64,000 bases of DNA from the human T2T-CHM13v2.0 reference genome, Homo sapiens, in NCBI RefSeq assembly GCF_009914755.1, contig NC_060942.1. One strand, 5' to 3'. Within the stretch, counting starts at the first letter, position 1; the number at the start of each line of letters is the position of its first letter. The notes beneath the pieces are model-generated. The model was not told the origin of the DNA, did not search any database, and worked only from the letters and a program-made list of their open reading frames with translations. The position numbers and the translations under genes are program-made. Positions 47,080 through 61,854 of this stretch are shown piece after piece.

Positions 47080-47290
47080 GCTACTACTTATTTAGATAAT
47101 ACTATGGGATTAGCAGTAGGCTAGGCACTTTATATATATGATGCCTTTTATTCCCCATGAGTAAGGTATTAATAATCTATTTTAAAAGGAGAAAACTAAA
47201 GCCTGCAGATACAAAGTAGCTTGTCCCAAATCACAAAGCTTATAAGTTAAACTTTGACTGTTCTAATTCAAAAAAATCCTTGCAACTCTC
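47080..47290 (-). mobile_element. MIR SINE
   Basis: 'ccccatgagtaaggtattaataatctattttaaaggagaaaactaaagcc..aagtagcttgtcccaaatcacaaagct'. Confidence 0.65.
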
Positions 47291-48529
47291 AAATGCCAGG
47301 ATGCTATATAACTGAGCTGAATTTAATTACCAAAAAAATCCAACTATGGACCGTCAAGGTTTGGGATTTTGTCAATTCTATTGTGAAGAAAGGAAGAAAA
47401 AAAGATACAGCAATATTTGAATTTGTGACTAATAACTCTGAACCCTCATGTTTGGCCTTTTGGAACCTCACAAAAAGAACTTTATTGTCTCTATTGTAAG
47501 AAAGGAAAACCAAAACTTTTGAGTCCACACTATATGTCAGTTCTTTGGAAATGTTGGAAATGATTATGAAACATGTTTAAAAAAAATCACAAAAATACTA
47601 AGAGACTAGTTTAAAACCCATCATCTTTTTATTTTAAGATGCTGTCTTCCAGCACCACTTCAAATCTGTGTGGTAGTGACTTCACCGCCTGAAGATAAAG
47701 TGACTCTTTAGGAAGTTAGTCCCCAACTTGGAAAATAATTTAGGAAGCTGCGGGGCATTGGGTAGAGCAAAACCACTAAAATTTAAAAATATATGTTGAA
47801 GGAAATGGTAAAGGAAATTTTAGAGTTCATGTATTGGAAACCCATGAGCAAGTATCATAGAAGAGAACACTGATGGGGACACCATTGTACGCCTTTCCAG
47901 CACAACAAACAAAATTCCTCACAATTTCTTCTAAGCTCTGTCTTGGATGTGACTTCTCCATGCTGGGCAACAAATCTGAAGCCTAGTCTGCTAAGATTCA
48001 GTGGACTTATATAACATAGGTTAACTCAGTCTCCTGTGACCACTTTTCAGGGAATATTTACCAGGTCTAATCAACCTATATTTTTAATGAATTTTAAAGA
48101 TGTGGAGAAGCAAAGGAAAACCAGTTTCTTTACGGCCTCAACAGTGGTGAAATACTCTCATCTTCTCATCTGTCATGGTACCCACCAAATGAACGAGATT
48201 AATTCTATAAAAGTATGTTGAACTAAAGCAACATTTCTCTGCATTTCCCTTAATGTCTTGGATCATTTTTGCACTCACAAGTCTCATCTATTTATTTGTA
48301 GCAAAAGAGATTTATGTTTTATGTTATTTATATTGACTCTTGTTTGCCACTGAATATCACTCATATATACCTAATCTCAGAGCAATAGATAAATGAAAGA
48401 GGTAAAACAAAAATAACACACAAAGAGAAGACAATGAAACCTAACATATTGACACATATTTAAGCCTGTAATGGACATGCATTAGTTTAGTCTGCATGGT
48501 ATTCATTTGCATTGAGGGGAAAGCTAATT

Positions 48530-48861
48530 GGCCATTGTTGGAATCGGGCATGTGGCTTGCAGTCAATGTGTAGTTCTCATTCATATTTATCCTTGGCCCA
48601 GGATGGGCCAATGGACCAAAGAAATATTTTTCTCTGAGATTTGAATCTTGAGCAAAGAGACACCAAGTGTGAAAATGTTTGAAGCTAATTTATATCAACA
48701 CTGCTGGCCTGAAGACATTATTCATTGTTTCCTGTGTCCCACTTCTAGAAAGAAGATAACAAGACCTGGAGTTTGGTCTTTGTCTTTTGTCTTTGAACAT
48801 CACTGTTGGCTTGCTGAAGTTAGCCAGAATCAGCTTCTCTTACTTGAACCCTGGCTGACAC
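48530..48861 (+). mobile_element. Old MLT1 (K-like) LTR fragment
   Basis: 'ggcccaggatgggccaat..ctctgagatttgaatcttgagc..gctgaagttagccagaatcagcttctc..ctgacaca'. Confidence 0.5.
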
Positions 48862-50428
48862 AGACTTACCAAAAATAATATTTCTCCACTTCTTCCTTTA
48901 TCCTCTTCTCTCTTGATCCTCCCATTATTAGAGCGGATGATCTTTAGATTATTGCAATTCCTTATTTATAATTAGAATTATGATTATTGTTCATTATTTT
49001 GTGTGTGGGCATATGTATTGTTCAAGTATATGTGATTGACCATGAAAAAAACACTTTTTTCTGTAAACATGAAGTTATCTATTTGGAAAGCTATCTGAGG
49101 ACTTTTCAAGGCAATAATAATCTGCAAAATTATGTCTCCTTACTCCTCAACACATACACCATACTAGTTACTGAATTTCTGAATATAATTTGATCTAGAA
49201 GGTCTAGATAAAATGAATAATAGTATGTCACATCAATCCCCATATTCTTAGTCATAGTAAGACAACACAGTTGCTATGTTTTCAAAGATTTTTTAAAATC
49301 TATTTCATGTTTAAATGAAATATTAATAGTTAATACTACAAATGTCTCTTGGGATATTGTAGGTATTAAATAATATTTGTTACAAAAATGTGTAATTTTC
49401 TACACCTTGAGCTGGTGTTGTGTTAGGAAGCTACTTACAAACAGGTAAGCTAAGTCCTTCAAAGTCTCAACTGATCCATGCCGGTCATAAAGCAGCTTAA
49501 TTGCTTCTTCTTGACTTATATTCTCCAGCAAAAATGTTAGGAAAGGACTGGACATAGGAAGTTGTGTATTGAAAACGTTAAATCCCACAGAGTAATTAAA
49601 ACTGCAGGGGGTAATTCAGTTTGAGGATAAAAGGAACCACAAGGACTGAATTTAGTTACTCTCTTGCTTATCCTCCTCCTAGAAAAATAAACAAATGATA
49701 TTAAACAACAGTATTCAAACATTAAACAATAGGGAGCACAGAACTGTGAACACAGACAAAAAAGGAAACAAGTTTGCAAGATAAGACAAACTTGAACCTA
49801 CTTAGTGTCTGGAGCCAGTTTCTAGCTTATGCCTCAGGAAGGGAAAATCCAAACATATCCTAGAAGAGAGACAGAGATCTGAGTTTTGGAGATAGTAGGA
49901 GGACAATACTTAGCTAATATTGTGAGACAGTGTACCAGGGGGAAGATAGATACACAGAGAAAGAACTTGAGAGATCTGCAGAGCAGTACTCTGGAGTCCT
50001 TCTCTTAACAATGATTTGAGCATATGTGAGAAAAAATTTCCTGAAGCTGAAGACTAAACCCTCATAAAGGAGTAGGTAGAATAATTTCTATATACACAAA
50101 CATGATCTAACAAAGAGAAAGGCAAGACTCAAATAAGTTAATTGATTCAAAAACTCATAATTGCACATCAGTACAAAACGCACCATATCAAGGAAAAAAT
50201 CAGAATACAACACTCAATAATGTCAATTCACAGTATGAGTCTTCCAATAAAAAAAATTACCAGACATGCAAAGATGTAGGCAATTATAATTAATGATCAA
50301 GAGGAAAATTAATAATAGACACACACCCAGAAAGAACAGGATTTTAGACCTAGCACATACAGATATTAAAATAGCTATTTTACACATCATTAGATTCAAA
50401 AAGCTGTAGGAAAATAAGAGCAAGATAA

Positions 50429-50868
50429 TGTTGGGAGAGGCAATTTGGCATAGGTCCTGAGTGTTCTAGCATGTTCTTACTGGATATGCCAAGGAAGAAA
50501 GGTTCTAATTACTCTTGTCAGGACCATTTCTCAAGGTTACATATGCAGTAAGCGACATGGAGTGGAGTTGTTTACAGGACTCTGTCAAATGGCAGATTCT
50601 CTACACTGAATGTTCCTCTCCTACAATGAAGCCCACTGCGTATGGGGGGTGGATACCTAGACCCAGGTTCATTTTCCTTGTTGTACTTAGAAAGCACAGA
50701 AAACCACCAAGAACATAAAGCCTATGCTACCTCCTGTGCCATGGGGAATAAAGCCTTTCGTCTTTGACCCAAAAGTCTCATGTTGTCTGCCAGCATCCAT
50801 GAAACGGTAATAGTCTAGTTTGTTAGTTTGCTATAGGCTAAAATCTGCACTGTTTTTTTTTTTTTAAC
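50429..50868 (+). mobile_element. ERVL-type LTR (LTR47/MER76-like), followed by internal remnant to ~52250
   Basis: TG start 'tgttgggagaggcaatt'; AATAAA ~50746; 'gtctcatgttgtctgccagcatccatgaaac..tgttagtttgc..taaaatct'; followed by 'tggc' PBS-like start. Confidence 0.6.
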
Positions 50869-51144
50869 AATTATGGCAAAGGGGTTGGGGTACTTTCACT
50901 TTCTGGAAACAGGCCAGGTTAGGGGATGTGAGAAGACTCCCTGGCATCTGGTAGAAAATGTTCTTTCTAAGTTGTGGGTAAGGCATGAAGGATTAAGGGT
51001 CCCCCCTGCTTTACCTGTGAATGAATGTTTAAAGAATAAACAGCAAGAGATAAAATTGAAACAAGTTGTCCAAATGGTGCTTTGATTTTTGTTCATTATT
51101 TTCTGGGTACAAATAGGAAAGGAATTATCATGGAATTTGTGCAG

Positions 51145-51516
51145 CAAGCTAAGCCATCATATCCCCTGTGACCTACACGTATAGATCCAGATGGCCTGAA
51201 GCAAGTGAAGAATCACAAAAGAAGTGAAAATGGCCAGTTCCTGTCTTAAGTGATGACATTACCTTGTGAAATTCCTTCTCCTGGCTCAGAAGCTCCCCCA
51301 TTGAGCACCTTGTAACCCCGGCCCCTGCCAGCCAGAGAACATCCCCTTTGACTGTAATTTTCCACTACCTACCCAAATCCTATAAAGTGGCCCCACCCCA
51401 TCTCCTTTCGCTGACTCTCTTTTCAGACTCAGCCGGCCTGCACCCAGGTGAAATAAACAGCCTTGTTGCTCACACAAAGCCTGTTTGGTGGTCTCTTCAC
51501 AGGGACGCAAGTGACA
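51145..51516 (+). mobile_element. Solo HERV-H LTR7-family LTR (LTR7B-like), missing first ~17 bp
   Basis: 'caagctaagccatcatatcccctgtgacc..gatggcctgaagc..cccaaatcctataaa..cacccaggtgaaataaacagccttgttgctcacacaaagcctgtttggtggtctcttcac..gtgaca'. Confidence 0.93.
51380..51457 (+). promoter_or_regulatory. LTR7 TATA box (CCTATAAA) and poly(A) signal (AATAAA)
   Basis: Motifs at canonical LTR positions (~51381 and ~51452); activity unknown. Confidence 0.6.
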
Positions 51517-51708
51517 AAGGCGAAAGGCAATATGGCTGAGGCCACTGAGTCTAGGGGTCTCCAGATCTGAAATGAATGGTGTCAGGAATAAGGACATAGA
51601 GCACTGACTAAAATGAAAACATTAGCAGTCAGTCTATTGAGTCCAAGAGGGCAGCTATGAAAAACTTACAGGGAATGCAAAGCTTTGGCTACTGGCAGAG
51701 TCTGTTTG

Positions 51709-51711
<3 letters not shown>

Positions 51712-51769
<58 letters not shown>

Positions 51770-51788
51770 TCCCTCTCTCTCTCTCTCT
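51712..51788. repeat. (CT)n microsatellite
   Basis: Seen directly. Confidence 0.97.
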
Positions 51789-52982
51789 GTGCTTCTTGAT
51801 CTCTTCCTCCACCTTTACTCAAACCTATGATTTTTTAAGGCAAAAGCCTAATATTATAGAGAAGTTCATGGGGTGGAGGAAAACAAACTTTTATAGTTTG
51901 CTGGGATATAGGCACCCAAGTCAATATACTACCTAGTCCCAAGAGGGGTAGGGTTCGGAGCACAGGAATGGCTGAGGGCACTGTGAACTGAAGGCAGAGC
52001 TGCAGCAGCATGTGAAGGGGCAGAAAGAAAGAACTCCTGTGTGAGGCACTTTCCAGAATTAGGAGATGCATATGGAGAAGGTGACAACCAGTCCTTTAGT
52101 GAGAAACTGAAAAAAAACAAAAAGGTTCCCCGGTCAGCCTCCTTCCCTTCTTCCAGCCTCATGCCCCTGACACAGATAACATGAGCTCTTAGCCATCACA
52201 AATTGTCCCTGATAAGTGTTATTTAAAAGTCCTGTTCTTGCTTCAGTAAGGGAAAAAAATAAAAAAGAATCTAGGTATGATCAATAGGTTTTGGTCCACA
52301 TAAGAATTTAGAAAATATTTTAAATTGAATTAAAATGAAACTATAAAACATGAAATAATGTGGTATGCAGCTATATCAGTGCTCAGAATTTTATAGCACT
52401 AATCTAGAAATAAGTATAAAAATAAAATAAAGGCATGACCAGATATAAATGAAATAAAATACTGAAAACAATAGAGAAAATCAATGAAACCAAAGGGTGA
52501 TTTTTTTAAAAGATCAATAGAAATAATAAAATTCTAGCCAGAATAACAAAGAAAAAATAGAAACCAAAAATAGGAAAGAAATGGGGGATATTACTAAAAA
52601 TCTTATAATTGTGTTATTATTTATAGATAACAAAATCATCTATACAGTAAATCCTAAGAAATCTACAAAAAATGTTACTAGCAGTTATAAATGAGTTAGG
52701 TAATTGTTAGTATTTAAAAAGTCCTCATATTACTATATTCTTACAATAAATAACTGAAAATTAAAAATTTTTTAAATTCTCTATAAAAACTATCAAAAAT
52801 ACATGAAATACTTAGGAATTGATTTAAAAGAAAGACCTCTTAAATATACTGAACCTAAACATATAAATATTTAACGATGAATTAAAAAGTAATATAAGTA
52901 ATACCTGTCTACCTAAAACTACAAACACCAATGAGAAAAATTAAAGACTTAGTGAGAAATATCCTATCCACAAATTAAATAA

Positions 52983-53700
<718 letters not shown>

Positions 53701-53939
53701 TAACCTAAAAAAGCCAAAAACATTTTGAAAAGGAACAAAGATGGAAAACTTATACTAGTTGACTCCAAAACTAATTATAAAGCTTCAATAATTAATATAA
53801 TGTGACATTCACATAAGGATGGACATATAGAGAAATAAAAAGAATACAGAGTCCAGCATAGAATAACACATATATAGCCATTTGATTTTCAACGCAAGTG
53901 CCAAGGTATTCAGTATGAAAGGGATAGTCTTCTTAACTC

Positions 53940-54295
53940 TCAATGACATTAAACGTCTGTAGATAAACAAGTTGGGTTTATGGTCTTGAGAGAGAACACA
54001 CAACTTGTGACATCTTAGTAAGTGGGCTATAAGAACAGATTTAATTTACAGTTTGGTCTTTGTGTTAGATGTTTTGGGGAAGGACTTTGCTCTGGATACG
54101 ATGCTGTGAAGAAGTAGGGGAGAAGTTTATGAGTGGATATCTTAATAAACCATATTTATAACAATGTGACTAGAGTGAGGCTAAAGATGTAATTGGTAAA
54201 GAAGTAACAGTCACTCATATTATCCAAGATAGAAGGATATTTGGTCATTTTCTAATGGTTTGTATAATATTTCTGCTTTGGGTTCAGACCATTCA
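53940..54295. mobile_element. Unidentified insertion interrupting L1, probably an LTR fragment
   Basis: L1 colinearity breaks at ~53935 and resumes at ~54300; intervening sequence is not L1-like. Confidence 0.4.
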
Positions 54296-56810
54296 ACATC
54301 ATTGGTCTTTAGGTAATGCAAATTTAAAACACAATGAGACAACACTACACAACTGCAGAATAGCTAAAATTGAAAGTATTGACAAGGTAAAGTGGTAATG
54401 AGAACGTGGAGGAACAGAAACTCTCATTCACAGCTACTGGGAATGAATAATGGAAAACAATTTAGCAATTTCCTATAAAGTTAGATTCATACATACTTTA
54501 ATCCCCAAAATCCTACTGCTACATATTTATCCAAAAAAAATGAAAAATATTTACACACGAAGACTTTACTTGAATATTCATAGCACCTTTAATCAAAATA
54601 CCCCAACCCAGGAAACAACCCAAATGTTATTACCCAATGAACAGATAAATAAATTTTGGTATATCCATACAATTAAATATATCTATACAACTCAATAAGA
54701 AGGAAGAAATTACTCATACGTACAACACCATTTACGAATCTCAAAAGCATCATGCTAAGTGAATTAAAATGAAAAACAATAATTATATACTGTTATTTAA
54801 TTTACATAAAGAATTTTATTATTCTGTGTACATTATATGCACAATTCTAGAAAAGTGAAAGTTACAGTGAGAGAAAGCAGACTCGTGGCTGTTGGGTTCT
54901 GGGGACCATGGGAAGAGTTCTGATGGTAAAGGAGAACGAGGGAACTTTCTGAGTGTCACGAATATGTTCTACGTCATGACTGTTGTGGGGATTATGTGGC
55001 TTAATGCGTTTGTCAAAACCCATTGAAGTGTACACATTAAGCTGTAACTTTTATTGATGTAAATTATACCTTAGTAGATTTGATTACACTTAAAAAAAAT
55101 TCCTTGTGTACTAATGTGGGTGGAACCGTGTTACTGGAATCAACTAGATTTTTTAGTTTCAGAAATTCTTAAGCTGAGAAAGATGTGAGTTCATTCATTT
55201 GGGGGCAGAGTTAAAAGAGCCATGAGCCTTGATCTGGCTACAAATAATGGTGAAAGTAAGAAACTATATTACACCTTTGGGAAGAAGAATGGGCACCATA
55301 AAACATATGATAAAATATAGGTTTATTCCCTGTGCTTTCCAATTTGCTTGAAGCTGTCCCTGAAAAGGCCATTCTGAATCATGAACACTCATTTTAATTC
55401 TATTCCTTCTAGACTTTATTTGCATATGTTTGTTATCTTACACCGCATTTAAGTAAATCAGACTAATTACTATAAACATACATACATGAGAAGCAATATT
55501 TGGACAGTGATGAACATCTTAAAATGTGACTACATAAGATGATTGGAATTTCATTAGAATTAAAAATAGAAGTCCCTGAGGAAGAAAGCTTAAATATGAA
55601 TAACGTTGATTCTTTAATATTATATAAACTGAGCATGTTATTATCAGAGCAGTGGAGGAATACAATTCTGCTGTCACAGAACCATTCTGTCCATTTAATG
55701 TTCTTTCAGAGGAATAAAAAGAGAAACTCACATGAAGTGCAATATAGTTTCAAAAGTGTTTACAATGCCAAGTACATTCTCTTGGAATTATTGTCATTAC
55801 TAAGGATTATCATTAAAATAGCATTATCACAATCTGAAAGATAGTATTACAAAAGTAAAGAATTTCTCCAAACATATAAGATTGAAAGTTCTTATTTTAA
55901 GCAAAGTGGTATGTAACAGATTACAGAAATGCACATTTAAATGGAATAACAAGGTCATTATGTAAACATTTACTGAATTTCTTTTATGTTTTGAGCACTA
56001 TATTTTCACTTTTGTTTTATTTGAGCACTATATATTTCACTTCTGTCTTTTAGAAAAAAATGGTCAAAATTACTTAAATAAAATATTTCAGACAAATTAA
56101 CTGCTATATATAAATAAGCATTCATTTAAAAAACCTTCAAAGCTTAAGTGAAAAAAGAGAGTTTTCAGTATAAGAAATAAAAATCTTTAGCATAAGATCT
56201 TAAAGGTTTTACTCGGAATAATGGCATGTTGATATATATAGAATTAATATAAAAGCATTCATCTGTTTCTCTTTTTGTGTTATACAGTCTTTCTGTCCAA
56301 AAAATTTAAAATTATATTCCTAATTTAATTGTAGTCATTTTACAATTTTATTTCAATTTTTATTATATTTACTTAACAAACATATATCAAATGCTTACTG
56401 AGTGCTAAATGATATTTTAGGAATGTATTTTGTTTATATTTAAAATAAATATTATTTATTTTATAGTTATTTAACTCTGATAATTAAACTAAATATCGGC
56501 CTGTCTTCATGTTGCTACATTTATATATTTATGTGTGTTCTTCTGATAACTTGTTTAGTAGCAATCCTCCTTTATATATCATAAAATACAGAAAATATAG
56601 ATCAAGCACATTTTATTGATCACTTACATTAGCACATACCAGAGTACTTACTTACAGTAATTTTTCATTAAGTATTTTTAAATCAATAGATAAAAAAATG
56701 AATTAAGGTTTATCTTAAAAGCTTCAAAATATTGCTAAAAGTGATAAAGAATAACTGTAATCTTCGAAACAAACTGTAAACAAACTACTTTATTACATTT
56801 CATTCATTTG

Positions 56811-58585
56811 TAGGCATACTTGTTTTATTGTACTTCACTTTATTAAGATACTATGTTTTTTACAAATTGAAGGTTTGTGGCAGCTGCATTGAATAAGTCC
56901 ATCAGCACTATTTTTCCAACAGCATGTGTTCACTTTGTGTCTATGTCCCATTTAAAAATTTCTCACAAAATTTCAAACGTTTTCATTATTATTATATCTG
57001 TTATGGTGATCTGTGTTCAGAAATTTTTGACATTACTATAATTGTTTAGAGACACCACAAACCGCACCCATATGAATTGTTGAACTTAACCAATATTGCA
57101 TGTGTTCTGACTGCTCCAACAGTCAGCCATTTCCCAGCTCTCTCCCTACCCTGGGGCTTCCCTGTTCCCTGAGACACAACCATATTGAAATTAGGCCGGG
57201 TAACAATTCAACAATGGGCTCTAAGTGTTTAAGTGAAAAGGAGGGTCACATGTCTCTCAATTTAAATCAAAAGCTAGAAATGATTAAGCTTAGTGAAGGC
57301 ATGTTGAAAGCCAAGACAGACAGAAAGTTAGGCCTCCTGTGCCAAACAGTTGGCCAAGTTGCAAATGCAAAAGAAAAGTTCTTGAAGAAAATGCAAAGTG
57401 ATACTCTAGAGAACACATGAGTGATAAGAGAACAAAACAGCCTGATGGCTGATACAGAGAAAGTTTTGTGGTCTGGATAGAAGGTCAAACCAGTCACAAC
57501 ATTCCCCTAAGCCAAAGCCTAATCCAGGACCCTAACTCTCTTTAATTTTATGAAGACTGAGAGCAGTAAGCAAGCTGCAGAAGAAAATTTGAAGTTAACA
57601 GAGATTGTTCGTGTGAACCCCAAATATCTGAGACAGATGTCAGTCAATTTAGGAAGCTTATTTTGCCAAAATTAAGCATGCACACCTGTAACACAGCCTC
57701 AGCAGATCCTGATGATGTGTGCCCAAAGTGGTCTAAGCACAGCCTGGTTTTATACATTTTAGGGAGACATGAGATATCAATCAATACATGTAAGATGAAC
57801 ATTGGTTTGGTCCAGAAAGGCAAGACAAGTGGGGAAAGTTTCCAGGTCATAAGTAGATAAGAGAGAAATGGTTACATTCTTTTGAGTTTCTGATTAGCCT
57901 TTCCAAAGGAGGCAATCAGATATGCATCTATCTCCATGAGCAGAGAGATGATTTTGAATAGAATAGGAGGCAGATTTGCCCTGAGCAGTTTTCAGCTTGG
58001 TTTTTTTCTTTAGCTTAGTGATTTGGGGGCTCCAAGATTTATTTTCCTTTCACATTCAGTAGGTTTAAGAAAAGAATCCATATCCATAATATAAAGGTGT
58101 AAGATGAACAGCAAGTATTGATAGAGAAACTGCAGAAGCTGTCTAGAAGATCTAGCCAAGATCATTTAAAAAGATGCCATCTAGGACTTTCAGAACTATA
58201 GAAAAATCTACATCAGGCTTCAATGGATACTGCAAACATTGTTGTCTTATTTTAAGAAATTGACACAGCAACCTCAACCTTAAACAACTACCACCTTGAT
58301 CAGTCAGCAGCCATCAACATTGATGCAATACCATCCACCAGCAAAAAGATTAAAACTCACAGAAAACTCAGATGATTGCTAGCACTTTTTGGCAATATTT
58401 TTTAAAGTAGGTACATTGATTTTTAGACATAATACTATTGCATACGTAATGAACTACAGTATAGTGTAAACATCACTTTTATATGTACTGAGAAACCAAT
58501 TAATTTGCATGACTTGGTTTTTTGCAATATTTACTGTATTGTGGTGATCCAGAATCAAACCTGCAATATCTCCAAGGTATATATG
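56811..58585 (+). mobile_element. Tigger1 (TcMar) with both ends and internal deletion
   Basis: TIR-like 'taggcatacttgttttattg' and 'gcaatatctccaaggtatatatg'; transposase N-term MGSKCLSEKEGHMSLNLNQKLEMIKLSEGMLKAKTDRKLGLLCQTVGQVANAKEKFLK. Confidence 0.93.
57612..58054 (-). mobile_element. MER4A-type ERV1 solo LTR inserted in Tigger1
   Basis: Minus strand starts 'tgtgaaaggaaaataaatcttgg'; 'tttatacattttagggagacatgagatatcaatcaatacatgtaagatg'; 4-bp TSD ttc(g/a). Confidence 0.9.
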
Positions 58586-59834
58586 TATTCATTCAAATAC
58601 TCAGAGGTGATACAGGAAAATGTAATGCATGGGGCCCACATTCAGGAAACTCAAATGTGTAGTAGGTGGAGACAGACTTACAAGCAAATTGTAAGCACCT
58701 AAAACATTGTAAGTCTCCAAAGGAAAAGTTGGAGGTAATGGCTGACCTGATGCTCAATAAATGAGTAGCGGGCCAAACCCAAGTGGGAAGAAGACTGGTT
58801 TGTTTGTTTCCCTCTTTCTTTCTTTTTTTTTTTTTCTTCTTCTTCTTCTTTTTTTTCTAGGGGGCAGGTAATAAATGTCTTAAGAATGATATCCAAGCAT
58901 CACTAATATACTTCCTTTCCATGCAATTGTAATTTGGGATCATGTCAGTTTTATTCCCACTATATGATTTGCATATTGTCATAGCTATTCTATAAGTTGC
59001 TGTATTTTGAATAAATGTCAGTATGAGAAATGCTTCAAATTATGAGCAATACAAGTCATTCACCAGAGCAATTAGTTCTCATTTTACTTATATGCTCCTT
59101 GATTAAGAAAGAACCAAATCTCCGTTGGATGTCTACAGTGATATATTTGGCTGCTGTTTATTGGATGTGTGGAATGACACTGAGCACCATAAATATTCAA
59201 ATTCACCTACTGCAAAACTCCAAATACGTTTTAATGTCTAAAAGACACAAGTAGTTGAATGTTGGGGAAAACAGGAAGAAAAAATTATATTGACAAATAT
59301 GGCAAGCTCACAATGCTGATACTTGGTCAATTAGAATATAGTACATACAATAAAATATGACAGCAATTTTTAACATGTATACAAAAGAGGAATTGTATTA
59401 TTATACCATATGCCAAAAATTAGTGTCATGTTATTGCTTGTGTTCCCAAAGACAACTGTTTTATAAGCTAGAAGTAATAAGATTTATTTTACTATAAATA
59501 TGAATGATTTGATTTGATCCAGTATTTACATATTCTATTACCTTAGGGAAGTTATACAATCTCCTTGAGCCCTACTTCCTATCTTTCATAGTATTCTTGA
59601 GGTTTATGTCATACAAATACCAGCAAGCAAATTTTTTCCTGGCATATGGAGGTATTCTAAATAAGGTAAAGTATCAAACCTCAAAGAAGTGTAAAATATT
59701 GTATGCTCCATGTCGGCGCCTAATACAGAGTAACTTTACTGGTGAAAAGCAAAACAAAAAAAAGTTCCTGGAATGTCTAAATATCGGATTATCTTATCAG
59801 AAACATTTTTAAGAGAAGCTAAAATAATGTTAGT

Positions 59835-60340
59835 GATGATGCTGAATTTCATCTGAGCCCTAAAAACTGATGGTTAAAAAATTCTCCACCCTTTTGTGTA
59901 TTCAGAAAAGGCTTTCTCCAAAGACCCTTCCTTCCCTATATGGCTTAGGTAAGATTTGCTCTACCCTTTCTACCGACTCCCATAAAACTGGAAGCTGGCT
60001 CCCTTGTTTATATGTGCCAAGACCAAAATAGACTTTTCACCTTTTGCCTAAAAGGACTGATGCAGCCCCTTCGACTTCCAGTCTTTTGTCTCATGAAGGA
60101 CTAGGCGAGATTAAAACTTTGTTCATCGCTTGCTAGACATAAGAACAAACATTTTCTGTTCAGCTAACTGACTGAGGTTTCCGATTGCAATAACAGTCCC
60201 AATTGTAAATCCTTCACCTTTAACTTGCCTACTTCTCTGTAAAAGTTTTAAGGCAAAACCATCCTTCTGAGACTGATTCTCAGATCTCCCTATTGCAATA
60301 GTCTGAGTAAAATCAATTTCCTTACTTATTTGGCTTTTGC
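59835..60340 (+). mobile_element. Probable old ERVL LTR (family uncertain)
   Basis: TG start; LTR-like 'gatctccctattgcaatagtctgagtaaaatcaatttccttac' 3' region. Confidence 0.45.
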
Positions 60341-60349
60341 TAAAAAGAT

Positions 60350-60790
60350 ATTCATTTATGCATTAATCAAATATTTACTGAGTACCCACTATGTGTTCTC
60401 CCCTCTTCCAAGTTCTGAGGATTCCGCAGTAAACAAAACAGAAAAATGTCCTGATTTCAAAGAGCTTACGTTTTTATGTAAAGTGAAACAAGATTTTTAA
60501 AAATGGAAGCAAATAAATATATATGTGACAGACAATTGTACATGTTATAAAGATACAATATGGCAGGTAAGGGATAAACCGTGGCACAATGAGGAACGCT
60601 ACATAAAAGTGCTAATATGTAGAGTCGTCAGAGTGGTGACCTATAATGACTTGAGAGACTGACATTGTTTGACTAGCTGGGAAAATTGCATTCTAGACAT
60701 AAGGAAAGGAAGGACAAAGATGACAAGTTGATTGGTACAGAAACAAAGGAAGGCAGGGTGACTACAGGAGATGGCAAGAAATGACATAAA
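60350..60790 (-). mobile_element. L2 3' end, antisense (continues ~61420-61700)
   Basis: 'attcatttatgcattaatcaaatatttactgagtacccactatgtg..gcagtaaacaaaacaga..tcaaagagcttac'. Confidence 0.8.
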
Positions 60791-60918
60791 AGAAATGGGG
60801 TCTCATTTCTTTGTGTTACTATTCCATTCTCTCCTGGAATAGTGATGTTATAAATTTGTATAACTTTATATCTTGTAACATTGGAATAGTATAGTTATAT
60901 TAATGTAGACTGTAAGAG

Positions 60919-60923
60919 GTGTG

Positions 60924-60958
<35 letters not shown>

Positions 60959-60960
60959 GT
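60919..60960. repeat. (TG)n microsatellite
   Basis: Seen directly. Confidence 0.96.
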
Positions 60961-61854
60961 AGGGGGCAGGGGCCAAGTAGGTAATTTTGATGCTTAATGT
61001 CCAACCTGTGTTTGGTAGTAGATAGTTCCTAATTCTCATAAGATTTTACCAAGAACAACTCATTAAGCTTTTGTTTAATTTTGTTGAAAACAAAGATTTT
61101 AAAAACTAGCAAAGTCATGATTTGCAAAACTATTAGTTACTTTATCATTTTAGTCTTCGATTTCCTCAGTACCAACATTAACATCTGTATGGCTCCCTAG
61201 CGTTTTTAGGGAAGTGTGCCATCCTGAGTTCAGGGGTGGCGAAGGTGTATGTTTCTTTTGTAAATTGTGAGAAGGGTAACCAAATAAGGAGAACCGGCAC
61301 GAATTTGTATCAGGGAAGAACACAATGGAGAAAGTATTAAAACTATTTCCCACTTTATTCCTTGAAAAGTCTTTGTGTATCCCAATTAGTATGCACACAT
61401 CACATTGAAAATCACCGATCTAGAAGAAAAAGTCTCAGAAAAAGAAAGAGGTATCCAGAAGACCCACTGAACAGTTTTAAGAAGGGGGACATGGTCAACT
61501 ATGTCAAATGATGTAGCTTGGTTGAATAAAAGGAGGACTACATATTGACTATAGGATTTTTTGATGTGTAGGCTATTGATGAACTTGACAGTGGAGTTTT
61601 AATGTTGCAGTTCAAGAAACAATAGAATGAATTTTAATGGAACCAATTAGACTATGTAAGGTTTCAGTGAGGGGAGATACAGGGCAGTTAATTGCATGTG
61701 AAGCAGAGTCAAAATATTTCATTTTTGTTATTTTTGATTACGGCACATATACCTAATGTATTTGTGGTTTTAATTATAACATATAATTGTAACTCATATA
61801 TATGCACACACACGTATACATATATAAGTACATATACACATATATATACACATG

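Noticed and set aside
57100-57420. 106-aa ORF resembling a TIGD gene
   Set aside because: Truncated Tigger1 transposase N-terminus, interrupted by MER4A and internally deleted
61010-61420. Possible hAT MITE splitting the L2
   Set aside because: Only one end ('ttgaaaatcaccgatctag') is suggestive; family and other terminus not supportable
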